From a virus, in the IMG/VR virus record IMGVR_UViG_2706796252_000001, positions 7,695-71,694 of that record: a stretch of DNA of 64,000 nucleotides; one strand, given 5' to 3'. Position 1 is the stretch's first letter. Each line of letters starts with the position of its first letter. The notes beneath the pieces were generated by a model that saw only the letters and a list, made by a program, of their open reading frames with translations, was not told the origin of the DNA and did no database searches. A program made the translations under genes and the position numbers. Below are positions 48,301 to 64,000 of this stretch, in pieces.

Positions 48301-49585
48301 GAACTACCACTGCACCAGCAGGGTTATAGGACTCCGAGGTCACATCGGTCAGGACAGAGATGTCGCCGGTTTCACGGGCAGCATTCACAGCTTCACGCGA
48401 AGCCAAAGCAGCCTCAGCACGGGTAGCACCAGAGCGGGCACCTACAGCAGCACGGCCACCGATGTTCATGGTTCCGCCGACAGCAGCACCAATGGTTGCG
48501 GCTTCGACGATCTCTTCGAGGCTGGTGTCTTTCAGGTGAGCAACGTTCTCACCCCAGGTTTGGTAACCCTCGGTCACGCCTTCACGAGCGCTGGAACCAA
48601 GAGTAGAGCGGATCAAACCACCACCTTCACCACGGATACCACGCAGTATGCCAGCATCGGCTACCTGCTCAGCTACTGCCAGAGAAGCAGCAGCAAGACC
48701 CATCTTCAGACGATCGTCAGCATCCGGCAGTTGGCCTTGGTTCTCGGCCTGGTACTCGGTGATGCCTTCACGGTATTCATCCGAGGCATAGCCCACGTTG
48801 GTAGCAGCACCCAGCACAGGGTTAGCGGCATAGGCCAGCATCTGCGGAGCGTTCTCCACAGTGTACTCGCCGACTGCCAGCGGGTTGGTTGCCGATGCAC
48901 CGATAGCGGTAGCAGCGGTCTGGCCGACACCGAGTGCACCTTGCACCAAGCCATCCAGAATCTCGCCACGGCTGAAGGACTCGCCTGCATTGCGGAGACG
49001 TTCTACGCCACCAGCAGTTGCATCAGCGATGTCGTCGCTCAGTTGGTCACGGCGAGTAGTGTCTACGATGCTCGACCAGTCGAAGAACTTGTCCACGTTG
49101 GTAGAGAACTTGCGGAGTTCATCCACACCTTGCATACGTTGCAGCATGGTCTGCGGAACACCGTCGTCACCAGCAGCAGTCTGGCTCAGGATGGCTTCAT
49201 CGCCTTCCTGCATCTGGCCGGAGACATAGCGGTTGTAGGCTTCAATGGCTTCGTTGGTTACACCAGCCTGACCCATGTCAGCAGCAGCGTTGATCGGGAG
49301 AGCAATCACGTCGCCGAGAGCACGGCCAGTACCGGATACGAAGGAAGCAGCAGCGTTGAGGATCTCAGTGCCAGCAGCACCGGGAGTGATGCCCATCTTG
49401 CCGATGAGGGATTCTTCCACGTTGCGCTTCTTGCGCTCGCGGATACCGTCGAGGTCGTAAGCCTTCTGCGAACCCTTCATGTCCAGGCCCACACTGGCAA
49501 AGTCCAGAGCGTCGAATGCCGGGGTAGCCCCGGCATTCGCCTCTTGACGATCCGACAGGAATTGATCCAAGTCGAAATCAGCCAT
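39389..49585 (-). CDS. virion-encapsidated RNA polymerase (N4 gp50-like)
   Basis: 3398 aa; motif A EVDGVTNGP, motif B RNVIKKPLTAMMFG, motif C NIHDA; no Cys seen on reading, as known for N4 vRNAP. Confidence 0.97.
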   Translation of the reverse strand: MADFDLDQFLSDRQEANAGATPAFDALDFASVGLDMKGSQKAYDLDGIRERKKRNVEESLIGKMGITPGAAGTEILNAAASFVSGTGRALGDVIALPINAAADMGQAGVTNEAIEAYNRYVSGQMQEGDEAILSQTAAGDDGVPQTMLQRMQGVDELRKFSTNVDKFFDWSSIVDTTRRDQLSDDIADATAGGVERLRNAGESFSRGEILDGLVQGALGVGQTAATAIGASATNPLAVGEYTVENAPQMLAYAANPVLGAATNVGYASDEYREGITEYQAENQGQLPDADDRLKMGLAAASLAVAEQVADAGILRGIRGEGGGLIRSTLGSSAREGVTEGYQTWGENVAHLKDTSLEEIVEAATIGAAVGGTMNIGGRAAVGARSGATRAEAALASREAVNAARETGDISVLTDVTSESYNPAGAVVVLQEQVMADGVTQEVKDRALEQADTIEQEAAQRVSQLEQEQVLFSEEGLAKVEQAIEQREQAKQGADEATVARLDEELANLSGVREQIRNITPEQRQAQAKELKDAQQVLTATRDAIKRFQVEAAPKAAEVETLVQEAAVQPEASERLVTLTMINPDALSLEQVDALVADTSNTLTTEQRASLRSFSEAQVALNELKGLSGVRTDIESGGDGFKGLPQYRNSVRMALMNGNEEAAAGQVDQLRAFADSRVAKFNAIDAAYQQVKGTDNSIRIVRDEAGNWTEAPESMTARQLKSAGGLEISARSFKLRDAVALEATALSRSAESLGELVKAGPIGRPNPVVQEAAPVQEAPVQVAEEVAPVEAPIAQVTEDVPVSEAESIQAEPSTEAETGELTAVREGEAVRGQEVAAENYQTTNLVSAFFQQSPARNDGDTQKPLVAVKDFATKIRTGEGRMAEFAGVKSFTGQQQSAIKQFMKFQRAAKPIIERTLKPYTSKTSDASRYYFRDYAQFLVNADGTLDENLTTAIAYGAYDWAIDAANNLVNTDAGINAILGKDSDDEVSPAAYAVLGNVGTRQATAASQLGAKIVDVLGLEVLPNAPVNERARLEASLGEHALALLVKMGVAKITTVSDAKLKSLMDSNEPANPRVKHYFLTPVSERVDGKLVPGAVARQIREANTGSQSILAKLFGSTEGQTEPSFTPVPFTQKNAKRTQQPVPKELAKILDDAGKRPMRLRQDMFQVWGNLSENALATIAGAVDVEGGFVHKANRAGTQAKNDGLVRQIDNFNEFFGRIQEVSDLGLEQPLYFDRSVWKPQRVGLTANMINPQTSKVHRHMLAMEGWENTINLSNKAEMDSFKLRVLESFGVKTEGNNTSKVLAKYDSKVNTPAIQAGVSALAEILRGEAQDTVANESAILAAVAEAGEKFFSLDGLVALAQEKIARDNGAESFTTQLLGEVDGVTNGPMLSLLMSGAKGFDTLNQGGFFSLEDPYTQFNDYKAQGNLDLYEGTIKAVLDRLGNEPLLSSVEVITGVLTNEEGGVSSKGRNVIKKPLTAMMFGSNTKTAVSGMADAFIETIYSKMEDAANAGDQAALSKVIAAVNSLIGSKNSDKRQLWPTDMGFEQALNTVYSPVQQTAIKAAFYDLLGSKVESALNDTYEVFIARRDTINKTANMAFQMYEAVFQARRDELLASANLPRGNDGQPFADLTLVQIDQIRNELKDMEPILHTAFSKASGDLDSGMLMAKTRRELNDSPLYRSEVHFAEPLEFTDEEGRKQSVKSFRASGMTTVNEGPGVAPFITATHAGDSFISHNALMGEDVLNIHDAHGVGVLGMDAAGQRLNEQTFKLMLNYSAASEMVSTFERTLAGFSKWAQDPQVANQFGKYLESQKTTVSTQLASIRHVAEQADTDKLNMLANMRAVGQYATDGGSYIVTDADRAAAVKAREEIGSTFNPEAETMADAIDAQLKATPREAKPAARKPLRNDSVQSLAPATTLNTMDRIKSEGQLQQDIQQVAQVMEKSNLSLESAKEVLPEDRAAEVIQAVQQNSRDKTSVWGELGQPVTPSDQALVDLLTETNDLTTRGLAEALVARTNDPFRKQVLRAALRSIREDVPVKLVTSTTGPEGAVGEGVSKARGWYATRGNFEALYVKSPEFVESGITEEMLTHELLHVSLGRTIQRELDKKQANANYDSTTWRMVNDLEMIRARASDMLGKNGGLSAKYANAVSNVHELVSWGMTNQGFQEEVLKKLEMPAGKRDAGFTDGLLRFIRNLTALLFRDTKPSDTNAMALVISNTSVLFAEAAVQMAKRSDLTLKYEDAVDQVNAMSSEQIFNALESEKTPLTEAHSNKLKSVLNSIVTELYGPMGAFRNEVARGQALTTTDAVLKALDTGRLPFASQALASAFIVSPQEAYVLEQVEATVATTLNSNDGIFIRSSLENLWREAKDRLSAKDFFAGEWDQATQAEKDVAQEKYNFLFRPERVGSRSDYLSRFAALGVASQEVANLLQFTTRSSEKSLSGMPLATRLVEMFRRLLTRLGQLHDKTRPGEVAESRLFTLVDRLVDIEAKRRGRLADQKVGALDQVETALANTGEAIKDNLNRIAESTFFTQSSSPFIRVAGKTISTITNERVGLVLDGITRIRDNAFKSQHGMAMQVVNEMRGAHEGNLAAHTLFKQAKSNEMARKQHIEYTAAMINEGFKDNGQYLSTEDRAALTKGFLRTNMGNLREALGMDRLKEVLLDNGEFANLRKDLEDQLLALPNGQYYLGAVKDLAYHRVIGGNVSPNLMLNSANIADMLGTKRVLQSSKADRAKAIELLDQLQAVYGWEYSGSQVKSRAREVLKTESNRTDGNGVDLILAMHHGLGKRSKDALFQGTERLYTDGYVPDIFDSKIEVLAVDRSDLPYFQKRGYAVAGDVQVDQRAGLESDKVLVTRRGSGQIGLLTGAMSYTGVHARGTKVDRQATNMLSSAPGTAKNAITTIKRNIAQDVSDMFLRDRSYDPRQQKPGRVSPVVNPNGAIVDYRYTMTEHNRDSLLDRDNSMEQVLGTLAGQIVDKVDSAIQNADVVRAMYDQFREDYANRPSSYLVVGKDSTDPQLLELYQLLPENTKREIRKTWGSDNMQIPADQLNMIMGYRKYSLTTPFGLAEDERNIAEKVLVRVAEAILGEKAALRIGRAEDVMQELVREAKDILVIKNITTLVGNIVSNMTLLAWEGVGLSEGVRAHATGIKAALQYRQDNKKLIQLQRALDVGYLPSGEQAVRDEIAVLMDRLNRNPIKPLVDAGLMPTIVEDVEADDSQYSYKSLLQKKTEKYTSKLPKLVRDIGRQVYMTHDTAVYKFLSQTTQLSDLVARYALYEYLTTRAKDPLSKADALRQAEESFINYDLPSGRGLQFMNDMGLVMFTKYYLRVQKVIARLIRQKPARALALVAANYFVSGLQSVMDSSWINRIGHNPFQSGPWSWPSSLSELPGIKGLMNL

Positions 49586-51150
49586 CTATCGTTTCCTCCC
49601 TCGTAGTGCAAAAGTTAGATCATCGGTCGAGTCCATGGTAACACCCTTTTCCCGTTCTGCCGAGCGAGTTACCTTAACGGCATTCGACCGTTTTTGGTTG
49701 GCGATATCCGACACGGTTTTCAGGAAGTTTTCCCGAATGGTCGGAGCGTCTTCTCGCATCTGAGTCATGCCATCAGTGGTCATGAGTTCGATGATCCGTT
49801 TCTCCACGTCACTGGCATTCTTGAACAGCCAAGTGTTCGTGGTATTGAACGCCTGTTCCAACAGCTTCGACGGAACCACAGCAGTACGTCCGTCCGGTAG
49901 CTTGATGCCGTTGGTGGCGAAGTCCACGAGCATGTTGTTCAGATCCTGGCGGTCACCTTCCCAGCCGAAACCAGACTTCACAGCCTTGTCTACGATCTTG
50001 TTGACCGAACCCAGCGGATCCTTGTCAGGCTCGACAAACGGGTTGCGTGCAACTTCCCGTTCGTAGTCCTCGGTAGCCGTCCGTTGCAGGGTATCCAGTT
50101 CTGCGTTAACCGCACCGATGGTTGCTTCAACCTTCGTGCGATCTTGCGGAGCCAGACCCTCCAGGGATTCTCGGAGTTCCATCTCTTGCTTGGCCTGAGC
50201 GATACCCTTCGAACTTACCCCGGCATCCACGAGAGACTTGAGTGCAGCATTCCGCCGCTCGGTAGCAGAGGTATTGGCTTGCACACCAGCTTCGTTCAGC
50301 GCATTGCTGAAGGCATCAAGTTGGTCTTGCGAAGCACGGCTCATGTCGGGCATGCCCTGGTCATCGGTAGGCATACCGACTTCCTTGCCCACGATCCGCA
50401 TGATCTCGCTCTGTGCCTGCCGAGACTCGTCGTAGTCCTGGAAGGTAGTAGCGATGGTTCCCGAAACCAGCTTCGCTTCATCTCGATCACGGCGTAGTTC
50501 GTCACGCTGTTCACGAGTGAAAGCCAGATTCTCCCGACCAGCAGCCATGGAGAGGGAGTGTGCTTCAGCTGCCCGGTTGGCCGCTGCCTGTGCACGCTGT
50601 TCACCAGCTGCCCGGTACTGCCGATTCTGGATAGCATCTTGCACACCAGTGAGTTCCTTGCGGATCTCGCCCTCGTTGATCAGCTGTTGCTCAGCCAAGA
50701 TCTGGTTGACTTCACCAGCACGGCCTTCAGCTGCCAGGGTACGAAGCTGATCTACGATGCCTCGTTGACCTACCTCAGCCTGCATGTCGTCGAACTTCTG
50801 AGTAGCAGCCGCTTGGTTCTGTTGAGCACTGATCTGCTTGGTGATCGCATCACGAGTAGCAGCACGATCCAGGTTCATCCCCATCGCATCACGTTGGGCC
50901 TCCAGGCCACTGCGATAGTCTGCGTTGCTGAGTTGTTCCAGGGTGGATGCTGCCACCTGGTCCAGATAGCTTTGCGTGTTGGCTTCACGCTGCAACTTGG
51001 CATTGTTGACGTTCATCTCCTGTTGACGGGAGATGATGTCACCCAGTGCACCAAGTGCTTGTTGGACACCGGTAGTCCCAGCAGACATCGAAGATGCACT
51101 GCCAGGACTTACCGTTGCACCAATGTTACGCCAAGTGATCTCTTGGGCCA

Positions 51151-51151
<1 letters not shown>
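49586..51151 (-). CDS. internal virion/ejection protein (gp51 position)
   Basis: 521 aa, Cys-free, Ala/Gln-rich; MAQEITWRNI start; synteny. Confidence 0.8.
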
Positions 51152-54846
<3,695 letters not shown>

Positions 54847-55512
54847 TTAGTCCTCCTTGAAGGAACCGTTGACTGCCTGCTGCTTGCGGAGGGATTCGAG
54901 TTCATCCTCGCTCAGCTGCGGCAGGATCTCCACGGAGAATTCACGTACCGACTTCGACCGGCGTACCTTCTGCGGACCCATCGGGGTCTGCTCGGTAACC
55001 GTGTAGAAGTGCTGGTACTGCTTGGACTTGATGAAGTTCAGCAGGGCTTCCGGCACATGCCAGTCCACCTCGTACGGAACCAGACGGCGGATCGTGCCGA
55101 TCTCGTCGTTGCCGATGCTGAAGTACTCGGCATCCCAGTCGTTCTTGTTCGGGTTGTGGCAGGTGATGGGGCAGCGGATCAGACGATGCGCAGCCAGCCG
55201 GCGATCACGAAGCAGTTCACCTTCGGTCTTCGGACGCGGTGCTTCGGCGGCCTTGAGGGCAGCTGCACCAGCTTCAGCGGACGGCTTCGGGATGGACGAG
55301 GTAGCTTCGGTGGCTTCGTCTTCTTCCTCGTCGCCGACAGCTTCGTCGTTCAGGACGGCATTGATCTTTTCACGCAGCTTTTCCACGCCGGTATTGGAGC
55401 GGAAAGAGATGCCCAGGGCAGTAGCTTTTTCTTGCAGGACTTCCAACTCGGAACGGGTATCCGGGGATTCCAGCGGTGCTTCACTCAGGTTTTGCAGTTC
55501 GTCGAGGGACAT
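54847..55512 (-). CDS. structural/assembly protein (gp55 position)
   Basis: 221 aa directly after the capsid gene; GGAG SD. Confidence 0.8.
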   Translation of the reverse strand: MSLDELQNLSEAPLESPDTRSELEVLQEKATALGISFRSNTGVEKLREKINAVLNDEAVGDEEEDEATEATSSIPKPSAEAGAAALKAAEAPRPKTEGELLRDRRLAAHRLIRCPITCHNPNKNDWDAEYFSIGNDEIGTIRRLVPYEVDWHVPEALLNFIKSKQYQHFYTVTEQTPMGPQKVRRSKSVREFSVEILPQLSEDELESLRKQQAVNGSFKED

Positions 55513-55530
55513 GGGTGATTCTCCAGGGTA

Positions 55531-55560
55531 AGAGTTAAGAGGGGGAGGTTACCCTCCCCC
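55531..55560 (-). terminator. stem-loop terminator after the major capsid gene
   Basis: GGGGGAGG/CCTCCCCC stem; weak U tract on the minus strand. Confidence 0.65.
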
Positions 55561-55568
55561 ATGCCTAG

Positions 55569-56768
55569 TTACAGGCGTGCCACGGTCTTCAGCAGGGCGA
55601 TCCACTCGGGGCGGAACACCATGAAGCCGTAGTACCACTTGATGGACATGAAGCCCATCTCGCCGTACGGGTCACTGCGGTCGGCAGTGGCTTCGCCAGG
55701 ACGCTTGGTGATGATCTTGAACTTGACGTTCTTGCCATCGGTAGCGAAACCGACAGTGGTGAACGCTTCGGAAGCCACACACAGCATCGGGAAGACGCTG
55801 TACTTGCCGCCGGACTCGTGCATCGGAACCTGGTCGTTCGGATCGACAGCCTTGCCGACGCCGGCCCAGTGCATCATCTGCGGGTTGACGATGACACGGA
55901 AGCGACCCAGCTGGCCGACTTCACCATGCATGGTGGCACCACCGGCAGCGTACTTCTCGATGGGGATGAAGGCCGGATTGCCGTGGTTGTCCTTCATGGC
56001 TTCGATGGTCGGAACCAGATCCGAACCCACGTACAGAGCACGGGCGTTACCCACGGTGCGGGTGTCGATCATGCGGGTACCGGTGATCATCTTGATCTTG
56101 GTCGGAGCACGCGCGTTGTCCAGGTCCAGGCGCAGACGCATCAGCGAGTCGTAGGTGACCTCGGTGGTGGCGTCGACTTCAGCGTCGGAGGTTGCAGCGC
56201 CCGGATAACGGACGGTGCCGGCCGAGTTGAGCAGGTCGATCTGGAGCAGGTCTTCGGTGATCTCGTTCGCGCCCTTCACCATTTCGGTGGTGACGTGACC
56301 TTCCATCGCCGGGTCGCTGTCGAAGTCGAGTTGCTCTTGGGTGTACTCGCGGAAGAAGCCGTACTTCTCCAGCTTGCCCTTGATCTCGACACGCTTGAAA
56401 CCAACACGGTTCACACGACCGCCGATTTCGGTGAGGGTCGGCATTTTCGCAGTGATGTTGCCCACGTCACGGCTCGAACCGTAGAGGTTGCCGTTGGCGA
56501 TGGTAGCGCCGGAAGCGTCGATGCCCTGGTCGTTCACGTTGCGGTCGTCGAGCAGCGGGATGTAGTGCAGTCGCACGATCTCTTTGCCGTAGTTCTTTGG
56601 CATCGAGAAGGTATCGGCCAGCTGACCGAAGTACGCTTCCTTGGCGGCGTCGATGAGCGCACGCTTGTACCAGTAGCGAGTGTGGATCTGAGGACCGATG
56701 GAAGACTCTACCCTGTTCGCGGGGTCGTTGTACTTCATCGGCTTGATGTTATCTACAGGACCGGCCAT
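55569..56768 (-). CDS. major capsid protein (N4 gp56-like)
   Basis: 399 aa; YIPLLDDRNVNDQGIDA, DPYGEMG and KWYYG as in N4-type capsids; strongly biased codons. Confidence 0.93.
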   Translation of the reverse strand: MAGPVDNIKPMKYNDPANRVESSIGPQIHTRYWYKRALIDAAKEAYFGQLADTFSMPKNYGKEIVRLHYIPLLDDRNVNDQGIDASGATIANGNLYGSSRDVGNITAKMPTLTEIGGRVNRVGFKRVEIKGKLEKYGFFREYTQEQLDFDSDPAMEGHVTTEMVKGANEITEDLLQIDLLNSAGTVRYPGAATSDAEVDATTEVTYDSLMRLRLDLDNARAPTKIKMITGTRMIDTRTVGNARALYVGSDLVPTIEAMKDNHGNPAFIPIEKYAAGGATMHGEVGQLGRFRVIVNPQMMHWAGVGKAVDPNDQVPMHESGGKYSVFPMLCVASEAFTTVGFATDGKNVKFKIITKRPGEATADRSDPYGEMGFMSIKWYYGFMVFRPEWIALLKTVARL

Positions 56769-56802
56769 GAGATGTTTTCCTTATTCCAGTTTCAGGGATT
56801 GC

Positions 56803-57993
56803 TTAGTTGAAGCCCAGCTTCTCGAACTCTTCGTCCGACATCGCCAGGGGATCGAACTGGGCAGGCTTAGCCTTACCAGCTACAGTTTTGGTCGGAGCAG
56901 CAGCCCGACGCTTTTCTTTCACAGCCGCTTCCTGTGCCTTGGTGCGGGTGGTGACTCGCTTCACCGGTTCAGCGGGTGCTTTACGTTGGCTTTCAGTGGC
57001 CGAGGCTTGAGCCAAATCGTCGAATGCACCTTGAGCCTGAAGCTCATCCCCAACCGCCTTATATGCGTGCAGGTACGGGGTACTATCAGTGATCGTGCCG
57101 AATGCCTTACGGCGCTGGATCTCGGAGTCGATTCGGTCGAATACCCCATTGGTCATGTGCTGTTCGAAGTAGCCGATGACTTGAGGATGTTCGGAAACCA
57201 ACTTCTGAGAAGTTTTATCCAACTTGCCCAGCGTAGTAACCACTCGGTTGTAGGATGGACTGTGCTCGATGGAATCGAGTTGTTCGTCCAGTGCCTCACG
57301 AACTTGGTTGAATGGTACAGCAGTCGGTTTGTAATCCGCAACACTCTTCTCATCCAAGTCGAGCGGATCTACACCGGCATCTTTAGCCAACTTAGCGATG
57401 GCTTCAGGTTTCTTGTGTTTGAGAAGATCGACCACATTGGCGATAGTCTCCGGGTTCAGCAAACCAGCATCATCCAACTGACGCATCATGTGCAGGTTCG
57501 GCTTGAGCGCGGACATCTTGTGGTTGTAGTTGGCACCCATCTGCATCAGACGGATAGCCTCTTCCGGCGTCTTGACCTGGAGATCACGGCCATTCGCTTT
57601 GAACGGTGCAGTGATCTTTGCCATGAAGTCAGCAGGGTCTACCTCTTGCTTGGTAGACTCGGACTTCTTGGCTTCAGGATCTTCTTCAGCCGGAGTATCT
57701 TCCGCTTCTTCCTCGCCTTCTTTCTGCTCTTCCTGTTCCGACTCTTCTTCCGTCGGTTTATCTTCTACAGGAAGATCGCCGAGTTCATCGTCCGGCGAAT
57801 TGAGCGGATCTTCTTCCTCGCTCTGTTCGTCGTCCTGTTCTTCTTCAGCAGGTTCTTCTTCCTGGCCGGCGTCATTAACTTGCTCGTCGTCCAGTTGTTC
57901 CTGCTCGGGTTCTTCTTGCTCGGAGCGAGTCTGCTCTTCTACTTCGTAGAACTCGGGCAGATCGTCGTCACTCATTTCGAGGAAGTCAGCCAT
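56803..57993 (-). CDS. acidic scaffold-like protein (gp57 position)
   Basis: 396 aa; very acidic N-terminus; PFKANG, LMQMGANY. Confidence 0.82.
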   Translation of the reverse strand: MADFLEMSDDDLPEFYEVEEQTRSEQEEPEQEQLDDEQVNDAGQEEEPAEEEQDDEQSEEEDPLNSPDDELGDLPVEDKPTEEESEQEEQKEGEEEAEDTPAEEDPEAKKSESTKQEVDPADFMAKITAPFKANGRDLQVKTPEEAIRLMQMGANYNHKMSALKPNLHMMRQLDDAGLLNPETIANVVDLLKHKKPEAIAKLAKDAGVDPLDLDEKSVADYKPTAVPFNQVREALDEQLDSIEHSPSYNRVVTTLGKLDKTSQKLVSEHPQVIGYFEQHMTNGVFDRIDSEIQRRKAFGTITDSTPYLHAYKAVGDELQAQGAFDDLAQASATESQRKAPAEPVKRVTTRTKAQEAAVKEKRRAAAPTKTVAGKAKPAQFDPLAMSDEEFEKLGFN

Positions 57994-58331
57994 TACTCTT
58001 CATCCTCCTCTTCGCGTACACGTTCGAGTTCAGCGTCACAGTCCTTGATGGCCTGTTCAGCTTCGTCACCACGTACGCCGATCAGCTGGAAGTAGGTGTG
58101 CAGAGCGCCGACCGCATCGATCTCACGGATGATGCGAGCCTGCATCTCGGGGGATTCCATGTTCTTGTCCGCCTTGAGCAGGACCAGACGTGCAGCGTTG
58201 TCCTTGAGGAAGTCGTTGAGGATCAGCGCTTGGAAGTCCCGGTTCTTGTGCAGACGCAGCATTGCGTCACGCAGCCGGACGAACTTCTCAGCGTTCTTCC
58301 GGGTGATCTGAATAGCGTGTTCTTCGTTCAT
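57993..58331 (-). CDS. hypothetical protein (gp58 position)
   Basis: 112 aa from ATG 58331; TAATG coupling to the downstream gene. Confidence 0.78.
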   Translation of the reverse strand: MNEEHAIQITRKNAEKFVRLRDAMLRLHKNRDFQALILNDFLKDNAARLVLLKADKNMESPEMQARIIREIDAVGALHTYFQLIGVRGDEAEQAIKDCDAELERVREEEDEE

Positions 58332-58359
58332 CTTTGCAAATCCTGTCAAGTAAAGGGGT

Positions 58360-58386
58360 GTTGGTTCACCGTAAAGGTGAACCAAC
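58360..58386. other. perfect 11-bp stem-loop after the portal gene
   Basis: GTTGGTTCACC-GTAAA-GGTGAACCAAC; no U tract, so possibly an mRNA processing or stability element. Confidence 0.55.
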
Positions 58387-58400
58387 TATAGAGAAGTTAA

Positions 58401-60593
<2,193 letters not shown>

Positions 60594-60615
60594 TCAAACC
60601 AATGAGGTAAGAATC

Positions 60616-61035
60616 TTGGAAATTAAACAACTGAGCCCGAACTTTATCATGCCCGTGCGTGCCAGTGATACCGCAGGTGGGTACGACATCTTCATGCCGG
60701 AAGGTGGTGTGGCCTATCCAAACCAACCAACCACGGTAAAGCTGGGCTTCTCCGCTGCTGTACCGGAAGGGCATGTAGCCCTGCTGCTGCCTCGCTCGGG
60801 TACGGGAAGTAAAGCAGGTCTTCGCCTGCGTAACACCTGCGGAGTGATCGACTCCGACTATCGTGGGGAGTGGGTAGCTGTAGTCTCCACCGACCGCGAA
60901 CCTTTCCACTGGAAAGCCGGTAGCCGTCAGATCCAGATGGTCATCGTTCCGGTGGCTACACCCGAACTTCAACTCGTCGAAGAACTGTCCGAAACCAATC
61001 GTGGTGAAGGCGGCTTCGGCTCCACTGGGGAATAA
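60616..61035 (+). CDS. dut: dUTPase (trimeric type)
   Basis: AGGYD, PRSG, GVIDSDYRGE, QIQ and RGEGGFGSTG motifs; GAGGT SD before TTG. Confidence 0.95.
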   Translation: MEIKQLSPNFIMPVRASDTAGGYDIFMPEGGVAYPNQPTTVKLGFSAAVPEGHVALLLPRSGTGSKAGLRLRNTCGVIDSDYRGEWVAVVSTDREPFHWKAGSRQIQMVIVPVATPELQLVEELSETNRGEGGFGSTGE

Positions 61036-61038
61036 CCC

Positions 61039-61338
61039 ATGCAACTGATCAAAGAGTACGAACACGCCAAGCCTCTCAAGTTCAAGGGCTGGCAGGTAAG
61101 CGACGACCATGAGCAGAACGTCCAGGCTCTGCAAGAAATGCTCGGAACCTTCCCCTTCATCACGGCAGCCTTCGGCGACAACGCTGATGGCGAACGGGTC
61201 TACTCCATCAGCAACTTCAACGAGGGTGCCACCCTAGACGTGAAGGCCGGCGAATGGATCTTCGTCAACGAAGAAGGTTCCATCGAAGGCTGGTCTGCCG
61301 AGATCGGCGCTGTCCGCTTCAAGGAAATCCAGGCGTAA
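61039..61338 (+). CDS. hypothetical protein
   Basis: 99 aa following dUTPase; strongly biased codons. Confidence 0.75.
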   Translation: MQLIKEYEHAKPLKFKGWQVSDDHEQNVQALQEMLGTFPFITAAFGDNADGERVYSISNFNEGATLDVKAGEWIFVNEEGSIEGWSAEIGAVRFKEIQA

Positions 61339-61366
61339 AAAAAGAGGGGACCGTCCTGGTCCCCTC
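61337..61366 (-). terminator. intrinsic terminator between convergent genes
   Basis: GAGGGGACC/GGTCCCCTC stem; A7 on the plus strand gives a U tract on the minus strand. Confidence 0.85.
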
Positions 61367-61370
61367 ACCC

Positions 61371-63753
<2,383 letters not shown>

Positions 63754-63754
<1 letters not shown>

Positions 63755-63999
63755 TAGGCAAGCTCCCCTTCGATGACTTCACCGAAGTCCATGCTGCGTT
63801 CAGCCACATCCTTCGCGGACAGCTGCTTGCCTGCGATCATCTCCTGCTGGAGACGTGCCAGTGCTTCAGCGTTCTGTCGCATGATGTCGATGGCATCTGC
63901 TGCACGGTCACTGACATCGATCTTCAGTTCAGTCTTCTCCGGCGACTTCAGGTGAGTGAGCAGACTGTTGGCCGACTCCTGCTGCACCTTCTCCGACTG
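63754..63999 (-). CDS. gp69-like protein (putative small terminase), 5' part outside the window
   Basis: Frame open to the window edge (QSEKVQQESANSLLTHLKSPE); TAATG coupling to TerL. Confidence 0.75.
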
Positions 64000-64000
64000 A

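Noticed and set aside
39827-49606. Very long plus-strand ORFs (940, 633 and 1267 aa) opposite the vRNAP gene
   Set aside because: Antisense shadows caused by codon bias of the real minus-strand gene; no SD, no recognisable motifs, typical V/G/L/Q-rich shadow composition

Overview
This window is most of the genome of an N4-like podovirus (Schitoviridae). Gene content and order resemble the Pseudomonas LIT1/PEV2-like group; the host is inferred from recalled family knowledge and not shown by the sequence. Plus strand, 1-22.8 kb: the two-subunit RNAP II, small accessory genes, ClpX-like and MoxR-like AAA ATPases with a VWA partner, Dda-like helicase, family A DNA polymerase, dCMP deaminase, HNH nuclease, rIIA/rIIB and a probable holin. 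Minus strand, 22.9-30.0 kb: spanins, endolysin, an SGNH-domain tail fibre and a J-like tail module. Plus strand, 30.4-39.4 kb: nuclease, primase, Sak4-like ATPase, SSB and RuvC-like resolvase. Minus strand, 39.4-64 kb: 3398-aa virion RNAP, ejection proteins, capsid, portal and terminase, interrupted by a plus-strand dUTPase island. The standout feature is a 1000-nt group I intron (1793-2792, IA2-like) that interrupts the catalytic motif A of the RNAP II second subunit (DACCSG|MQIMS) and carries a GIY-YIG homing endonuclease in a long P9.1-type stem-loop. Secondary leads: repeated TCC-loop hairpins resembling vRNAP promoters, a minimal ClpX homolog without the ClpP-docking loop, three divergent tandem paralogs, a highly structured divergent intergenic region at 30 kb, an Rmf-like domain, and a C-terminal SLFS tail shared by SSB and a second protein. 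No tRNA, rRNA or CRISPR array was recognised. All family assignments come from motif recognition by eye, without database searches.
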